A DNA stretch of 64,000 nt from Takakia lepidozioides (GCA_030704615.1 CM060733.1:4712001-4776000); one strand, 5' to 3'. Counted from the stretch's first letter, positions 24,626 through 38,623 are shown. Notes: generated by a model not told the origin, from the sequence alone. Program-made: numbers and translations.

Positions 24626-27077
24626 TCACCAGTAATCCCCACAAGAGCAAACCCCATCTTGGAAGTGGTGGAAAAAGCTGGCATCACGTACAACAATTGC
24701 TCGCTCAGCAATCTTCGAGATGAACTTGGTAGCGTGTGGCAGTCACCACACACTCGTAGATTCTTGACAACGTGTATAGGTGTCCTAGGGGGTGTCCTCA
24801 TGAGCCCAAAAGCAATGGCCAGCTTCTCACTGTGGTGCAAAGAGAAACTTCCTTTTGCTCCTCCTCCACATCATGCAATACAAAGCTTGTGTCGGGCACA
24901 TACCCAGCGACATCATCTGTCCAGACAATATTTCTAGCCCAGCATGGATTTCTTTGATTTGTGGATGCACCTTGTCTCCTACAAGGAATGTGTGTACCTT
25001 GTTGTCAAACTCTATCATCAAACATATGTCGCGCATCCTTTATGCTCCCACATTTGGCATACATGTTGACAAGGGTATTCTGCAGATTACATATGGTGCA
25101 ATTCCAGATCTGATAATGTCAGTATGAACTTCTTTGCCCTTCTCAAAGGCTGCAAGGCTGGCACATGTATTGAGAACCCCAATGAATGTGATCTCGTCAG
25201 GCATCAGCCCTTGCCTCAACATTTTCTCATATAGTTCTAATGCCTCCCTACCACACCCATGTTGAGCGTACCCTGCTAATATGGCGTTCCACCATATTGT
25301 CAAACACTCGACATGAATCCTTCATGCTCCCACACTTGGCATACATGTCCACAAGGGTATTCTCCAGAATTACATATGGTACAATTCCTGCTTTCAGGAT
25401 GTCTGTGTGTACCTCTTTGCCCTTCTCCAGTGCACCTATGCTGGCACATGCGTTGAGAACACTAATAAATGTGACCTGGTCGGGTTTCACTCCTTTCTGT
25501 ACCATATGCTCATACATCTCCAAAGCCTCCTTACCACTTCCATGTTGAACATATCCTGCAATCATCGCACTCCATGAGACCATATCTTGTTTGGACATGT
25601 TGGCAAACACTTGACGTGCATCCTCCATGCTCCCACATTTTGCATACATGTCCACCAGGGCAGTCTCCAAGTTCAAATATGACACAACTCCAGATTTCAT
25701 GATGTCAGCATGGACCTCTCTGCCCTTCTCAAGGGCTGCCAGGCTGGTACATGCATTGAGAACACATATGAATGTGACCTTGTTGGGTTTCACTCCTTCC
25801 TGTGTCATTTGCTCATACATATTCAAAGCCTCCCTACCACATCCGTGCTGAGCATATCTGGCAATCATTGCACTCCATGAGACCACATCTCGCTGAGCCA
25901 TATTGTCAAACACTCGATGCGCATCCATCATACTCCCGCATTTGGCATACAGGTCAACAAGGGTATTCTCCAAATGTATATATGATGCAATTTCCAATTT
26001 TAATTATGTCAGCATGGATCATTTGCCCTTTTCCAGGGCTGCCAGGCTGGCACACGCATGGAGTACACAAATGAACGTGACCTTGTTGGGCGTCACCCCT
26101 TCCCGTGTCATTTGCTCGTAGATATCCAAAGACTCCCTAGCAGACCCACACTGAGCATATCCTGCAATCATTGCATTCCATGAGACCACATCTTGTTGAG
26201 CCATATTGTTGAACTTGACACGCATCCTTCATGCTACCGCATTTGGCATACATGTCGACAAGGGCAGAATGACATCTTGCATAATTCCAGCTTTCATGAC
26301 ATCAGCGTGGACCTCTTTGCCCTTTTCCAGGACTGCCAGACTGGCACACACATTCAGCACCCAAAATGAATGTGACCCGGTTGGGCATAACCCCTTCCCG
26401 TTGCATTTTTTCATATATCTTCAAGGCCTCCATAGTGTACCCTTGCTTGCCATACCTTGCTATCATTATATTCCACGTAAACATATCCCGTTCAGGCATT
26501 TTGTCAAACACTTGCCATGCATCAGCCACACGCCCGCACTTGGCATACATATTTACAACCGTGTTGAGGAGAAAGATGTTTGGCTTGAATCCACTTTGGA
26601 TGATGTGGGCATACACCTGCTTTCCCTCTGCTAGACCTTTCATTTTGATGCACTCCTGCAAGGCACAGACATAAGTATTGGAGTCTGCCTGACTGCCTTG
26701 TTGGTTCAAAATGTGAAGTGCTTTACATAGAGTCCTTACATGCCCACAAGTGCCAGAGGACTTCTTGTTGATCCCTGGTGTTGGCATTTGCACATGATAC
26801 TCAAACTCACCCACCAGTGTTTGACAAGACTCTGTCCTTCGACCATAATCCCGAAACCCAATGGATTCTGCTGGACCTTGTGTTGTGACAGCTAGTTCTG
26901 CTTTAACCAAGGGGGGTTACACCAAGCCTCAGTCCAGAAGGCCTCCTTCGTGCACTTATGTCTGAAGTCTGATGATCTTAGACTTTTCTGTGGTTTCCAG
27001 TGGGCAGCTGAGAAGCCATACCTTCTTATACCATAGCCTTCCATAGACCACCCTCTACACACCAAAGCTCCAAGCAT
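24626..27077 (-). pseudogene. PLS-PPR-DYW pseudogene with internal deletion of the E domains
   Basis: PPR motifs across several frames (for example ORF 25248-25997). The PPR array is fused directly to IEFDNKVHTF near 25020. DYW ends [10 protein letters not shown] at 24626. Confidence 0.9.
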
Positions 27078-27974
27078 CTTCCAAATAGCAGGGCATAACC
27101 TTGAATAGAGATACCAGAAAACTGACAAGATAGTGAGCTTCATTTGGCGAGAATTATCGTCCATATCACCATTGGCAATCACAATGCAGTCCACAAAACA
27201 TAAGTATTCCAGCTTCAGTCCTCCTGGACAAACTGTTTCGCATCCTCAAAGAAGATCGCCTCACCTTATCAAATCTGTTGTCCCACCAGAGTAAAGGATG
27301 GGAGAAGAATTTCTCCCAGAGCAGTTCTATGCTCATTACTTGACCTGCATGCAAACAGCACTAAAACCTACATCTTTAGTAGCTCGGGGAATGCTTGTAT
27401 AGGCTTCCCATAATCTTTCCCAGCCCATTCCCAAGCACCGTGTGATGGGCAAAGAACTTATAGTCCACGAATCACATTCTGTGTTGGATTGGGACTAATG
27501 AAACAGCGCTGCAATCGACTGTGTTTTCTAGCATGATGTCTACCAGCCCTTGGATCACGACTCAATTTACCGTGACCGTTCTGACGTTGAATGCGGTCTG
27601 GGCTGAGTTTCCGTACCTTGGTGGATAGAAACCCCACTGATGACTTTGGAGGATGGATAACCCGCTGGGACTGTGTAGGAGTACGTGGGATCGCGCTGAA
27701 GAAAACTTTCTTTTGCCCTTATCCATCCCTTGGTGCGACTGGCAATTGTTCTGCATTGCTCCACACCAAAGAAATTTGTGTCACATCTGTGGTTTCGCAT
27801 TACCGTCCATGTGATGAACTCAACTAATTTGCTCAGACATATTGTGGGGATTTCCGTGGGTCATCTGCAAGTACTATTATCACCTAGTCTCACGGGTACT
27901 GCCAAAGAACAGGGTATCCTACAGGGGTAAGCCTTGTAAAACTCTCTCTCTCTCTCTCTCTCTCAATTGTGAAA

Positions 27975-28687
27975 TTATCAACAAGGGTTTGAAGTACGAG
28001 CATAGTATCTGGCTAAAACTGAATTTGAAGGGCGGCATGAGTACAAAGGACCTCTTTGTTGGTTGTGTTTACATGCCCACAGAGGGGACCCTTAGTGCTG
28101 ACGCAGACAAGGCCTTCGAAGATGTAAAGCTGGACTGTGCTTCGTTCCTTGCCGAAGGTCAGGTGGTACTATTGGGGGACTTCAATGCCCGGGTGGGCAA
28201 AGGGATCCATCAGGACGATATCATTGGACCTTTTGGTGAGGACGAGCTGAATTCTAATGGCAGACGTTTAATTAACTGTCTAGAAGAGCTTCAGCTTCTG
28301 ACCTTGAATAACAGGACAAGAGGTGACCAAGTGCAGTGGACTCGTGAGAAACCCCAAACGGGGGAACGTTCCATTGTGGACTATATCATAATGGACATAA
28401 TTTTGTTCCCCCAGTGTGCCAATGTGTTGATCGACAGAACTGATATTGGTACCTCTGACCACTTCCTGGTTTGGACTGAGATCAAAAGGTGTTTTCCCAC
28501 CACCAAGAGATCTGTGAAAAGTTCGATTCGGAAGTGGCGCATAGAAAAATTCCACAATGAGGAGGTCAAGGCTGAGTACGTCCAGGCCTTGCAAGAGGCT
28601 CTCCCTCATTTTGTCCAATCGCTCCAAGAACTTCAGTCACGCTCGGTTAACGCAAGAAATGAAGTCGAAAGAGCAGTGGACTCGTAG
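27975..28687 (+). mobile_element. LINE APE-endonuclease fragment (same family as 47193-49830)
   Basis: VLLGDFNARVG, SIVDYII and SDHFLV motifs. About 28458-28645 is near-identical to the reverse complement of 49645-49830. Preceded by a (CT)n tract. Confidence 0.9.
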
Positions 28688-29128
28688 ATAACATTTGGAT
28701 TTAATTAGTTAGTATTCCTCATCACTTTGATAAGTTCGGATAAATTTTACATGGACCCGAGTTACGGGTTTCATCCTGAGTTTGAGTTAATCCGTAAAGT
28801 GCAGAAAACTGAGCACGAAGTCAGAAAAGAGGGCACCAAATCATAAACTGGGGATGAGGGCAACCGCTGCCATGGCGCGAGCTAGTGAGCTCTGACCGCC
28901 CCCGCCTCGACGACTAACAAAACTCGGCACCGAACTCCTTTCACCCCATTTTCCTAGTCCTGGCAGTTTGGTCCCGTGTTTTTTTCTAGTCGTACCGCTT
29001 GATCCTGAGTTTCGAGTTTCATACCGAGTTTTGGCCAAACTCAGGGTTCTCATGCCGAGTTTGGGACCCTTTGGGACACTTTACGGATAACTCTAGTGCA
29101 TTGCTCGAGTTTGTCTCTTTCATTCAAG

Positions 29129-30312
29129 ATGTCTCTCAAGCTCTTCGGCATGCCCGGTTCCACTTGCACTAGTCGGGTGTTGACAACTCTGTATGAGAAG
29201 AATGTGAGTGACTTCGTCATTGAACGAGTGAATTTAGCGACAGGAGAGCAGAAGAAGCCGGAGTTCCTGAAGCTTCAGGTGCGAGGTTGTATGCTTTGAA
29301 CATTCAGTGCAGAATGATCCTTGAGTTCCGTCTCTGCTCTGAATTCTCTGTTCGTCGATTCCATCGATTTGTATCCTATCAGATTCTGTTCAGCATTAGC
29401 TCCCTGAAGCTGTCCAAAGATCGTAGATCGCTTATGGTTTGAAAGTACGCACGGTTTTTGAGGCTCCTGCTTGTGTAGCTCGTCTCGTTAGTTTGAACAC
29501 TCCAGCGGTCCACACCTCCATTGTCGTTTCTAGGAGCTCTAATGGTACATACAGGGCTTTCAGACAGGCCCATCAAGTCACTAACCTACGAGCTGTCTTT
29601 CATGCAGCCTTTCGGAGTAATTCCAGTCCTGCAAGATGAGGATTTGACAATCTTTGGTGAGACCAGCAACCTAGCCTTGAGCTCAATGTTGTTGTTAGGT
29701 TGCGATGAATTCCTTTAGACGCCAATGCAGGATCGTCTCTAGTTTGAACAAGGAGCATTCACCGGGCAATGCAGACGGAATATTCTGTCAGAATGTTGAT
29801 TGTTAGGGAGTTGTGATATTATCAGGGTTTAACCTTTGAACTATGTGGAATTGTTTGCAGAATCTCGTGCTATTGCCAGATACGTTGCTGAAAAGTACTC
29901 AGACCAGGGCACACCTTTGCTCGGTAAATATCTCAAAGAGAAGGCTCGAGTTGAGGAGTGGATAGAGGTCGATTCCCAGAATTACAACCCTCTTATCTCA
30001 TCCATAGTCTTCGACTGTGTGTTTGGCCCAATGAGAGGATTGCCAACTGACGAGAAAGCTGTGGAGGCAAACTTGGAGAAATTGGGAAAAGTATTGGATA
30101 TATACGAAGCACACTTGGCTCAGAACAAGTATCTGGCAGGAGATTTTTTCAGCCTGGCAGACGTTTCTCACATTCCCTACACAAACCATCTCATAAATGT
30201 GGCTAAGAAAGGTGATGTGATTACCTCCAGGAAGCATGTGAATGCATGGTGGGAAGACATCTCCGCCCGTCCATCCTGGAAGAAGGTACTTGATGGGGCA
30301 GCCAAGAAGTAG
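29129..30312 (+). CDS. GSTF: glutathione S-transferase, phi class (exons 29129-29278, 29608-29656, 29861-30312; 216 aa)
   Basis: STCTSRV active-site region, QPFGVIPVLQD, ESRAIARY and YLAGDFFSLAD. Two GT-AG introns at the canonical phi-class positions. The spliced frame is open. Confidence 0.93.
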
Positions 30313-32060
30313 GTAGATCAACTTTGCTAGTCACAATCTTTTGTAGTGACGCACAGACATTTTCTCAGTTCTTAGGCTGATCATCCGGTTGGAGATAATG
30401 AGTGGTTTGACAGCAATCTGCTCATTTTATATTGCACAACTCATCCTCTGAAACACCAGTGCTCAGAACAGATCTTATATGGCATCCACTGCCATATCAA
30501 CAACAGTCTTGCAATAAGTAGATCAAATTGAGAGGTGTTAGTCACATTCTTCTCTAGTTGATGTTCACGCATTTTCTCTTCACTCGTGCTGCGCATCTAT
30601 TTTTGCAATAATGATCCAGGGGGTCATCAATCTGCCACCATTTCTTATATTGAATGACTCTGTACCATTCTAGTATCTTAAGAGAGGCATATGCATGAAG
30701 AATGGATTCAGCAGTCAAACACACCATGAGTCAGAGTCTCCCTCTTCCACAATGTCTTCCAAGTGTTTTAGGAGGGGTTCAATCAGAAGTCCAGTGAGAA
30801 ACCAAGAACAAACTCGAGAAGCAGCCTCCTACAATATGGGGAATCTATACAAACTAGGCCTCATCAGAACATGAACTTTAGTGCACTCATCTCACAAGTA
30901 CAACATCAACAATTATCGTAAATTCTATCCTCTTGAGTTGCAGCCAAGCAAGGACTAATAAGTTACAAATGACTATGTTTACTCTGAGGTGGGAAGACTT
31001 TCTAGCTAGCTAACATATCATCAGCACAATTTCACTCGTCTTTACATTTATACAGGGAGAATTGGTCATGGCTACGGCATCCCTAAATTACAAGATTGGC
31101 AAGTGCTTTGTAAACTGAGTTTTTTTGCAACATTTGATGCTCGTGCTGTGCAGTGTGTAATCTTCTTTATTGTGCATTGACTCAAGCCACAGTTCACTTT
31201 CCACAGGAGGAGTAAATTTATCAGGACATTGCTTCAAGTAACTTTGTACAAAGCCATGTGCAGTTCCACATTTGTGCATCTGCAAAATAACTTAATCAAA
31301 TACAATTGGTAAAGTGCTTCCTCAAATGCGTACTCAACTGCCAGAGAACACACTGCGGCACATGGATGTGATATCATGGATACAACCCTTGTCATGGCCA
31401 AGTCATGTCAACATGAGCGACACCTTGATAGATTAGAAGACTGAGCTGCCAACCTTGGCACCTACAAAATTGCTTTTACTCATTAGCTTAGAAAATAGGC
31501 GGTAAGTAGACACTTCTGACCCCAGACCACTTCTCAGCTGTTCCTTTTTCACTTGAACCCCTGGCAGGGTAGGTGGGGAGGAAATCATAGCCAAAAGGGA
31601 CTTAGTCAAGCCTTGCCCGAGAGAGATATGTTCATCGCGGATTAGGATTTCCACTCACCAGGGTCGGAAGCGCACTTTCGATATCGTTAATGAACTGCTC
31701 ACAGCAATCCACTAGAGACTCGACCTTGAGAGAAGGGAAGGACTTGTGCAGCCCAGTCCAGTTGACAGAGCAAGATGGCCATTCCCTTATGTGCCGTATG
31801 AGGAGAATCTCAAGGCCCCAGCCCTTTGATCTTATGCCAAACTGTGTTCCACAGTTTCACTATATATTGGGTCGTGGCTGGTTCACACCTGCTGGACGCG
31901 TGGAAACCTTCATATACTTCTGCATATATGCTCACCTCAAGTGTGATGAAAGAGTCCAGGGGTCCCACCGCATATATCGCATCTTTGAGGGATATAATGC
32001 TTTTTGAGTTGCTCCACTGCGGTATACGTGACATGGTGAATTCCTCAAGAAGTGAATGGA

Positions 32061-35000
32061 TCAAATTGGAGGTAGATGCACCAAAGGATCAACTGTTTTA
32101 CCATCCTTATGAATTTCAAAGTGAAGGTGGGGGCCTGTTGAGTGCCCAGTATTACCGGAGAGAGCAATAACATGTCCTTTCCGTACAAATTGGCCAGGCT
32201 GTACATGTAAGTCGTCACAATGGGCATAAAGTGTAACATAACCATTGCCATGGTCCATACACACAGTCTTTCCATATCCACCCTTCCACCCTGACCATGT
32301 CACCTGTGTAAAGCATTAGATTGGGATGTTGGTTAGTAAGAATGCGAGACAGAATGGATGTAAAAATGAACTGAAAACTTATACAATGTCCACAGGAACC
32401 CCCGAGAGTTTATCAAGTCAAGAGCTTATAAGGCAGTAGTGCGGAACAAAATTGACAGGGAAAAAGTGGTTCATAACATCCACTGCATATCCAGAGGAAC
32501 ACATGCCTTTGGTGCGCTAGTATCTGACATCCTCAGCTCTTTCATTGGATGAGGACCTTCTTGCTTGTAAGACCTCTGATTTCATGGGGGCATGTTCAGA
32601 CTTTTGGTTTGGACGTTCTTCAAATTTGATGCAGAAACGGGGCTAAGCGTCTATAAGAGCTTTGGGCCTGTGGTGTCTTTTGTTGCTTGTGAGGCTTCTG
32701 GTCCTTCGTGGCTTTTTATTGGCTTTGCTGAATGTGTTACATGTGTTGATCCCCTTTCATCTTGAATAAACAAATAAATAAAATAGGGAAACAAAAGAAG
32801 ACAGAACACAAGGAAGAGCATTTGTTCCATGGCCAGGAGTCCCAAAGATCCTAGGGGACCAAAAGAAAGTTCAAGTGAGATTTCAACAACCAAAGTAGGA
32901 CTGGACCCTGATTTGCTTAGTAGAGTTCACAGACTGAGCTTGCCATGGGCCTGCACCAATTGGACCCAGCAGGAGGGGCAGAAGCAGGGAATGAGAAGAG
33001 TCCCCATTGTCCAAAACATCCATAAGAAGAGAAAGGAAGAGGGGAACTCACTTTACCACTTGTTGCTGCAACTACTGCAGTCCCACGTTCAACAGCAATG
33101 TCAATGCCATTGTGAAAGTACCACCGCCCATCTGCATTCCACCACAGCAAAACTCAAGGTTTCTTCATCTTCTGAATGAACCAATCTTAGTACCGAGCGG
33201 CCTTCATCCACTAATAGACAAGGGCTCATGGACACTGGCAGTTTTCCGGCACAGGCATTTGCCACTCAGGAATCACCGCCAGTTCTACTGTTGCCCACAC
33301 CTGCAACCACTAGCCCAGTCACTACTGAACTAAGAGCTGGTTCCTGGGTTGAAATCCACAAAGGCATATGCGTGGACACCACACTCTGCAATGTCCACAG
33401 CCAGGATCTGGGTGCTGCAAACACCTCAAAAGATGGAGTACTAAACAGTCTCCAAATGCTTTCGGGAAGAATAAAGTAAGCACAATGAGATAGTCATACT
33501 AGGTGTAGCCCTAAAAATGAACACAGTCCAAATTAGGCTCGGTCCTTACAGGCCAAATTAGGCACTGTTAAGCAAGATCCAGCAGCCTTTATTTTCTTCA
33601 TTTGTTTGGCATAACAGTTGGACTGGGATGGGTCTCCAATGACAACTCCTATAGCATTTTGAATCGAACTCTTCATGAGATGAGTCCATTTATGAACACA
33701 TGATCCACTCAAACAACGCACACCGAAAGGACATGCAGGTAGCATATTTGTTGTGGTTTACATGAAAGGAACGTTTGATTGGTCAGCATCCCTCTACTTA
33801 CACCTAACAGGCTTTGCCCAGGGTTGACAAAGTCATTTGTACACTTTGCAGCTACAGCGTTCAGATCTAAAACTTACCTTTCCAGCCATAGAAGGAGCTA
33901 AGCCAACCACCTTGGACAGGAAGGCCAAAAGGCTCTGGCCGCCACTTGGGCAAAAGTGCCAACACGATCTTGTTCCCTGCCAGTGGTCTCAAGGCCGGAA
34001 CAGTTGCTAGATTTTCTGGTCTTAGTAAATATGGCAGGGGAGGCATCTGGGACACCGTCGCATAAGCGCTTCTTCGGGGTGTTGGAATGATGAGCTCTTG
34101 TCCCAAGTAGAGATGACTTGAGCCCTGCCAGCATTCCACACGTGAGACTTCAAATCAGATGATACAGCTATCAGTAAATCACATTGCATGCACAATCAAA
34201 CAAAGCCCTCTCTTCCCCCCTTCTGTTTGGGTTAATAGCAGAAATGCAACACACTCTGTGTGATCCTCCCTTCTCTCCGGTAGATTCCTACCTTGTCACA
34301 GATAAAAGGACATGCAAGCTGACAGTCCAAATAAACAAGATGGCCTTGTGGAGTTACGTTTATTCTGGATGTGATGTTGTTGAGATGCATGCTACTATAT
34401 GGACTTTGCCTGGTTCAGGCAGTCAATCAGTAGGACTCATATTCAGCTGACCAAAGTCGTCCACTAGTGGATTTAGAATACTGACCTGTGTATGAGGTAA
34501 ATAGCCAATATTTGCACAAAGGACTGTTAATGCAAACCCAATGCCCAGGTTACCTATAAAGCCAAACTCCGACTAATGGGTAAGCTACATAGCCTTGGGA
34601 GTACACATACAGGCCTAGCATTGCAAGAGGGAAAAGGTGAGAGACCTGAGGTAAACTGTTGCATTTGCGTATGTCATCAATGCTCACATTGTAATCATCC
34701 GCCAGGCTCCACAGGGAATCACCCCAGTTGGCTATGACGCGCTTCTCCTTCTGCTTGCGGTCCCCTGTCATCACATGCGAGGGATCTGTTCATGTCTGTA
34801 TGGACTTTTGACTTACGACATCAATTACGGTGGCCATTGTAAAGTGTTATCCTTTTCTTCACCCTCCCTCTTTTCTCTCTCACCGTTAGCTTTTAGGATC
34901 CAAAATGTGTGGCAGCTCACCTCCATTCAGCCATCTTTGGGTTTTTTTGGGCGAAGTTTGGTTTCCTGCTCTATTTTGTCCGATGGGCTTTCAGCCCAGA

Positions 35001-36148
35001 CAGGAAAAGTTAAAGCTGCATGTGATAAAACAAATGACTCGCAAAACAATCCTAATTCACTACAAGTCTCGTTTCAATTGAAGATAAACATTGTACAAGG
35101 TGGGTAGGTGACCATGTAGGGAATGGCCGACCGACCTAAGACTTCTGGCTAATGCACCTAACTACACCAAGAGCACCAGCAAGTGTCAAGAGGCACAGAG
35201 GCGATTAAGGGAGGAAGTTAAGACTCACAGAAATACTTGCGCTTGGAAATAGTGAGTCCTTTTCTTGGTATAAGCAAGGCTTGTCCAGGCTGCCATTACA
35301 CCATCTTCTTTCATTAATGCGATTTCCTCCATGTATCTGAATTTGTGCATACCCTCTATGCCTAATCACACTCATCCTGAGGCTCCACTCTTAAACACAG
35401 CTACAAAATTTTCCGTACAAAAACATGGGCGCCCAGATTTCATCCATGTGTGTACCGTCAGCTGCACAAGTAAAGGATCGCATCACGCAATCTAACGTAG
35501 ATTCTTCAGTCTATGTGAAGGGACCTATCAGACAGGGGATTTGAGGATCCCTCACAACGGTTGTAAGTTTTGCAACTTCATCATCTGCACCACCATGGTC
35601 ATGTGCAGTACATTTCTGCCCAATGCGAAAATTCAAAGCAAGTTGGTTGTTATTATTGCACGCTCGAGTAATAACGACCATCAGGCTCCTGATTTCGAAC
35701 TTCTTCCAGTGCGTCTCTTTCTCTAAGGAACGCTTAGCTGCTATCACCATAGTGCTGATCACTGCATGCCCCACCCACATATACCGGCAGAGAGGCCAGA
35801 CAGTGAAAAGATAATGCATACCTTAAGACTCTCAATGTTCGCAATGTTGTTGACACGCTGCAGGACATCAATCGGGATTCCCACTAATCTGGAAATTTCC
35901 GACAAGCAGTCTCCATGCCGAACCACCAGGGTCGAGAACTCGGTAGCCTCGTGGCGATCCCGCTTCTTCCCCCCTTTTACTCTCTTACTGATTGCAAGTG
36001 ACAGGGTTGACTGACTCCCACATGCCCAAGATTGCAGAACTTGAACTAGCACTCCAATCTTGCTTCCTGCCTCCATAACAGGCTGCGAGCCTCCCATCTC
36101 CGCCCTCTCGCTGTGATCTATAAGCTTCTCCGTCATCCATGCCGTCAT
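32061..36148 (-). CDS. LysM-LysM-M23 metallopeptidase (DipM/NlpD-like plastid peptidoglycan hydrolase); apparent 1-nt frameshift in one exon; 5' end uncertain
   Basis: Predicted exons ?-35822, 35289-35229, 35015-34921, ~34785-34646, 34124-33878, 33131-33052, 32303-32061. LysM1 VVRHGDCLSEIS...PGQALLIP and LysM2 WGDSLWSLA...LGQELIIP. M23 motifs HNGID, YAH and STGPHLHFEI. Confidence 0.85.
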
Positions 36149-37172
36149 CTCTGTAAGTACTCCGAGTTCCAACTATCTTCCCTTTTTAAGTCACCAGAAT
36201 GAAGGACTAGCGAAGCCTTCCAATGCGCCTGCAATGTCCTCCCGGCGCATGAGATCTCAACCAACCAATCAAATATCTCGCCGTAGGCACTGATCTATCA
36301 GACCAGTCTTCTTTCCGTTTACCACATGATATAGAGGCATACACGGCTTCGTGATGCGGCCCACTAGTTCTTGTCCACGAAAGAGCTGGCTAGAGATTTC
36401 TGCGTCCCGATTTAACTCTCCAATCTATGATCGACCCACACGCTGATGAGTATCTTCACCAGCCTCCAATTCCCACAAAGTAGATCCTCCACGCAGTAAC
36501 ATGATGTCCATTCTGTTAGACAGGAAAGCCAAAGAGCCGGTGAGGTACGATGGAGGCTTGATGTCCGCATCAAAGCCACTGAACCACGATCACGCCAGGT
36601 TCAGACAAGCCAAACTGAGAACATTTCGTGCCCCCGCCGCACGCAATTGTCCTCGCGACTAAGCCAGACGAGCGAGACTCCGCACTTCCAGTCAAGGAGA
36701 GATTGCAGATTAAAAAACTACCTCCCGCAGTCAAATGAAAGCAGCAATACGATCTCCTACTACCTACAACAACGAGAACGTTGACTATCACCGAAAAAAC
36801 AACCAGATGCAACCAGCACTATGTACCGTCTCCTCTCAGACTACCTCCGTGGTGGTGATAGAATCAAATGCAATCACAAGAAAGCAAATGAAAGCACCAC
36901 CATGCACCATTCTGACACTCCCTTCACGAAACAGAAACACCTAATGGCAGTTGATCAAAAGAAAGAAAGTATGTAAGAACGCGTGAACCAATGAAAGCAG
37001 CACTGCGGCTCTGCGATGGAAGGACAATGAATCATAAAAGCTGATCAACGCTCAGACATTGCCAGCTCTCAAGTGAGCGAGCACGACGCCCTATCACTGC
37101 CCCACACACACGCCCCGAAAGCCTGCACCCCGACAGACAGCCATCCATCAGACCCTCCACCACAAGGAATCA

Positions 37173-37300
37173 GAGCCAGGAAACGGATGACATTCGTTTG
37201 TGCATACATGATTCTGAGCCAGGAACGGACGACATTCGTTTGTGCATACATGATTCTGAGCCAGGAATTGGACGACATTCGTTTGTAGATGCATGATTCT
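37173..37300. repeat. 42-43 bp tandem repeat x3
   Basis: GAGCCAGGAA...GACATTCGTTTGT...CATGATTCT units start at 37173, 37216 and 37258. Confidence 0.9.
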
Positions 37301-38049
37301 CGCATGCGACTGGGGGCCCTCTTTTTCTACGGGCCAGGTGGGACAGACAGCACCAGATGAATGTGTTGTACCTTATCCATGATCATCCGTGATCTGTTCA
37401 TCCCGTACCCTGACGGAGTTGACCGTAGTTCCATCCGTGGTGAGGTGGGGTTGACTTGAGGTCAGGCCCAACGGCACTCTGGGCAGTGGGCATTCAAATA
37501 ATTTCTGTTTCGGTATATGAGGCCTGCATTTTGCAGGCGCCTTTAATGATAATACAACAACAACGACAAAACCAAATGTTTTATCCATTATATTTTTTAC
37601 TTTTATTGAAATGGGACGGAGCCTGGCCCTGTAGTAAATTGCCAGCATGCTGTTTTTTTGTTTTTTTTAAAGAACAGTGGAATGGCTCTGGAAAAGTTTA
37701 TTTAGAATTACTATTAATAAGACACGAAATCTAAAAACTCATAAAAGTCGCCTTATATAATTTACTTATTCATTTATATTTATTTATTTCTTATCACAAG
37801 AGGGGACAGATTCCCTCGCACATTTTATCCAGCAGGGGATAATTTTGTTCCTCTTAGATGATCACTTCTTCATCCACTTGTTCTTGGTTTCTTACAGAAG
37901 GGAGAGCCAACATTACAAACCATTGTGTGAACGATTCTTGAGTGGGGATGAATGTAGTTGTACAATCCCCACAAACTTCTTGATAGGGAGCTAATAACTG
38001 CAGGCTTGGTACTGCACAACACATGTTTTTTTTTTGTTTTTTTTTGTGT

Positions 38050-38258
38050 CAGTGGCAATAGTAGCTCAGTTGGATACTGCACTGAGTGCCACCCAGATGA
38101 TTCTGGGGTCAAATCCTGCTACTTGACGGGTGTGGTATGTTCTTCTCCCCCTTCCCTGGGCGGTGTCCCATTTTCTCCTCTCGCTATCAAGGGGCTTGAT
38201 TTGTGAGCTGTCGCTCCCAGGTGTTTCCTTTTCAAAAAATAAAAAAAATAAAAAAAGA
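38050..38258 (+). mobile_element. tRNA-derived SINE
   Basis: A box TAGCTCAGTTGG, B-box-like GGGTCAAATCC, shared body ending GCTGTCGCTCCCAGGTGTTTCC, then an A tail. Several copies in the window. Confidence 0.88.
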
Positions 38259-38623
38259 AGTGTAAAGAAGAAATAATTTATTTATTCATTTAAATGGATA
38301 ACTAAAATCCATAAAGGGAGGCTATAATAACACCCAGCGTTAAGTCAGGTACAGCACACCTCATCCTCTGCTCAAATCCGGGGCACCCATTTGTGGAACA
38401 GAATACATTGATCCTTCAATCAATGTCATGTCCTAAATGCTGTTATTTTTCGGCTTGACCTAATTGATGCCAAATTGGGGAGCAAGTGGTGGTGTTGTCC
38501 TTTGAAGGAAAGCATATGACCTTTGGTGTCAGAGGAGGCCCTTTGGTGCCTCCTATAATTTGTGGCTGCTCCCCTTCATGTTTGCCCTCCCCTTCCCTAA
38601 CTAACTCTGCAGCACCCTTCTGC

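Noticed and set aside
17106-26674. Numerous 60-170 aa ORFs antisense to the PPR genes, including 18067-18414
   Set aside because: They are shadow frames of PPR coding sequence (recurrent LSNT.RASF.LPHLAYM) with no independent evidence.
32061-36148. Bacterial contamination or recent horizontal transfer
   Set aside because: The domains are split by multiple GT-AG introns and flanked by plant genes and repeats.
37173-37300. CRISPR-like array
   Set aside because: Units are contiguous with no unique spacers, the context is eukaryotic and there are no cas genes.
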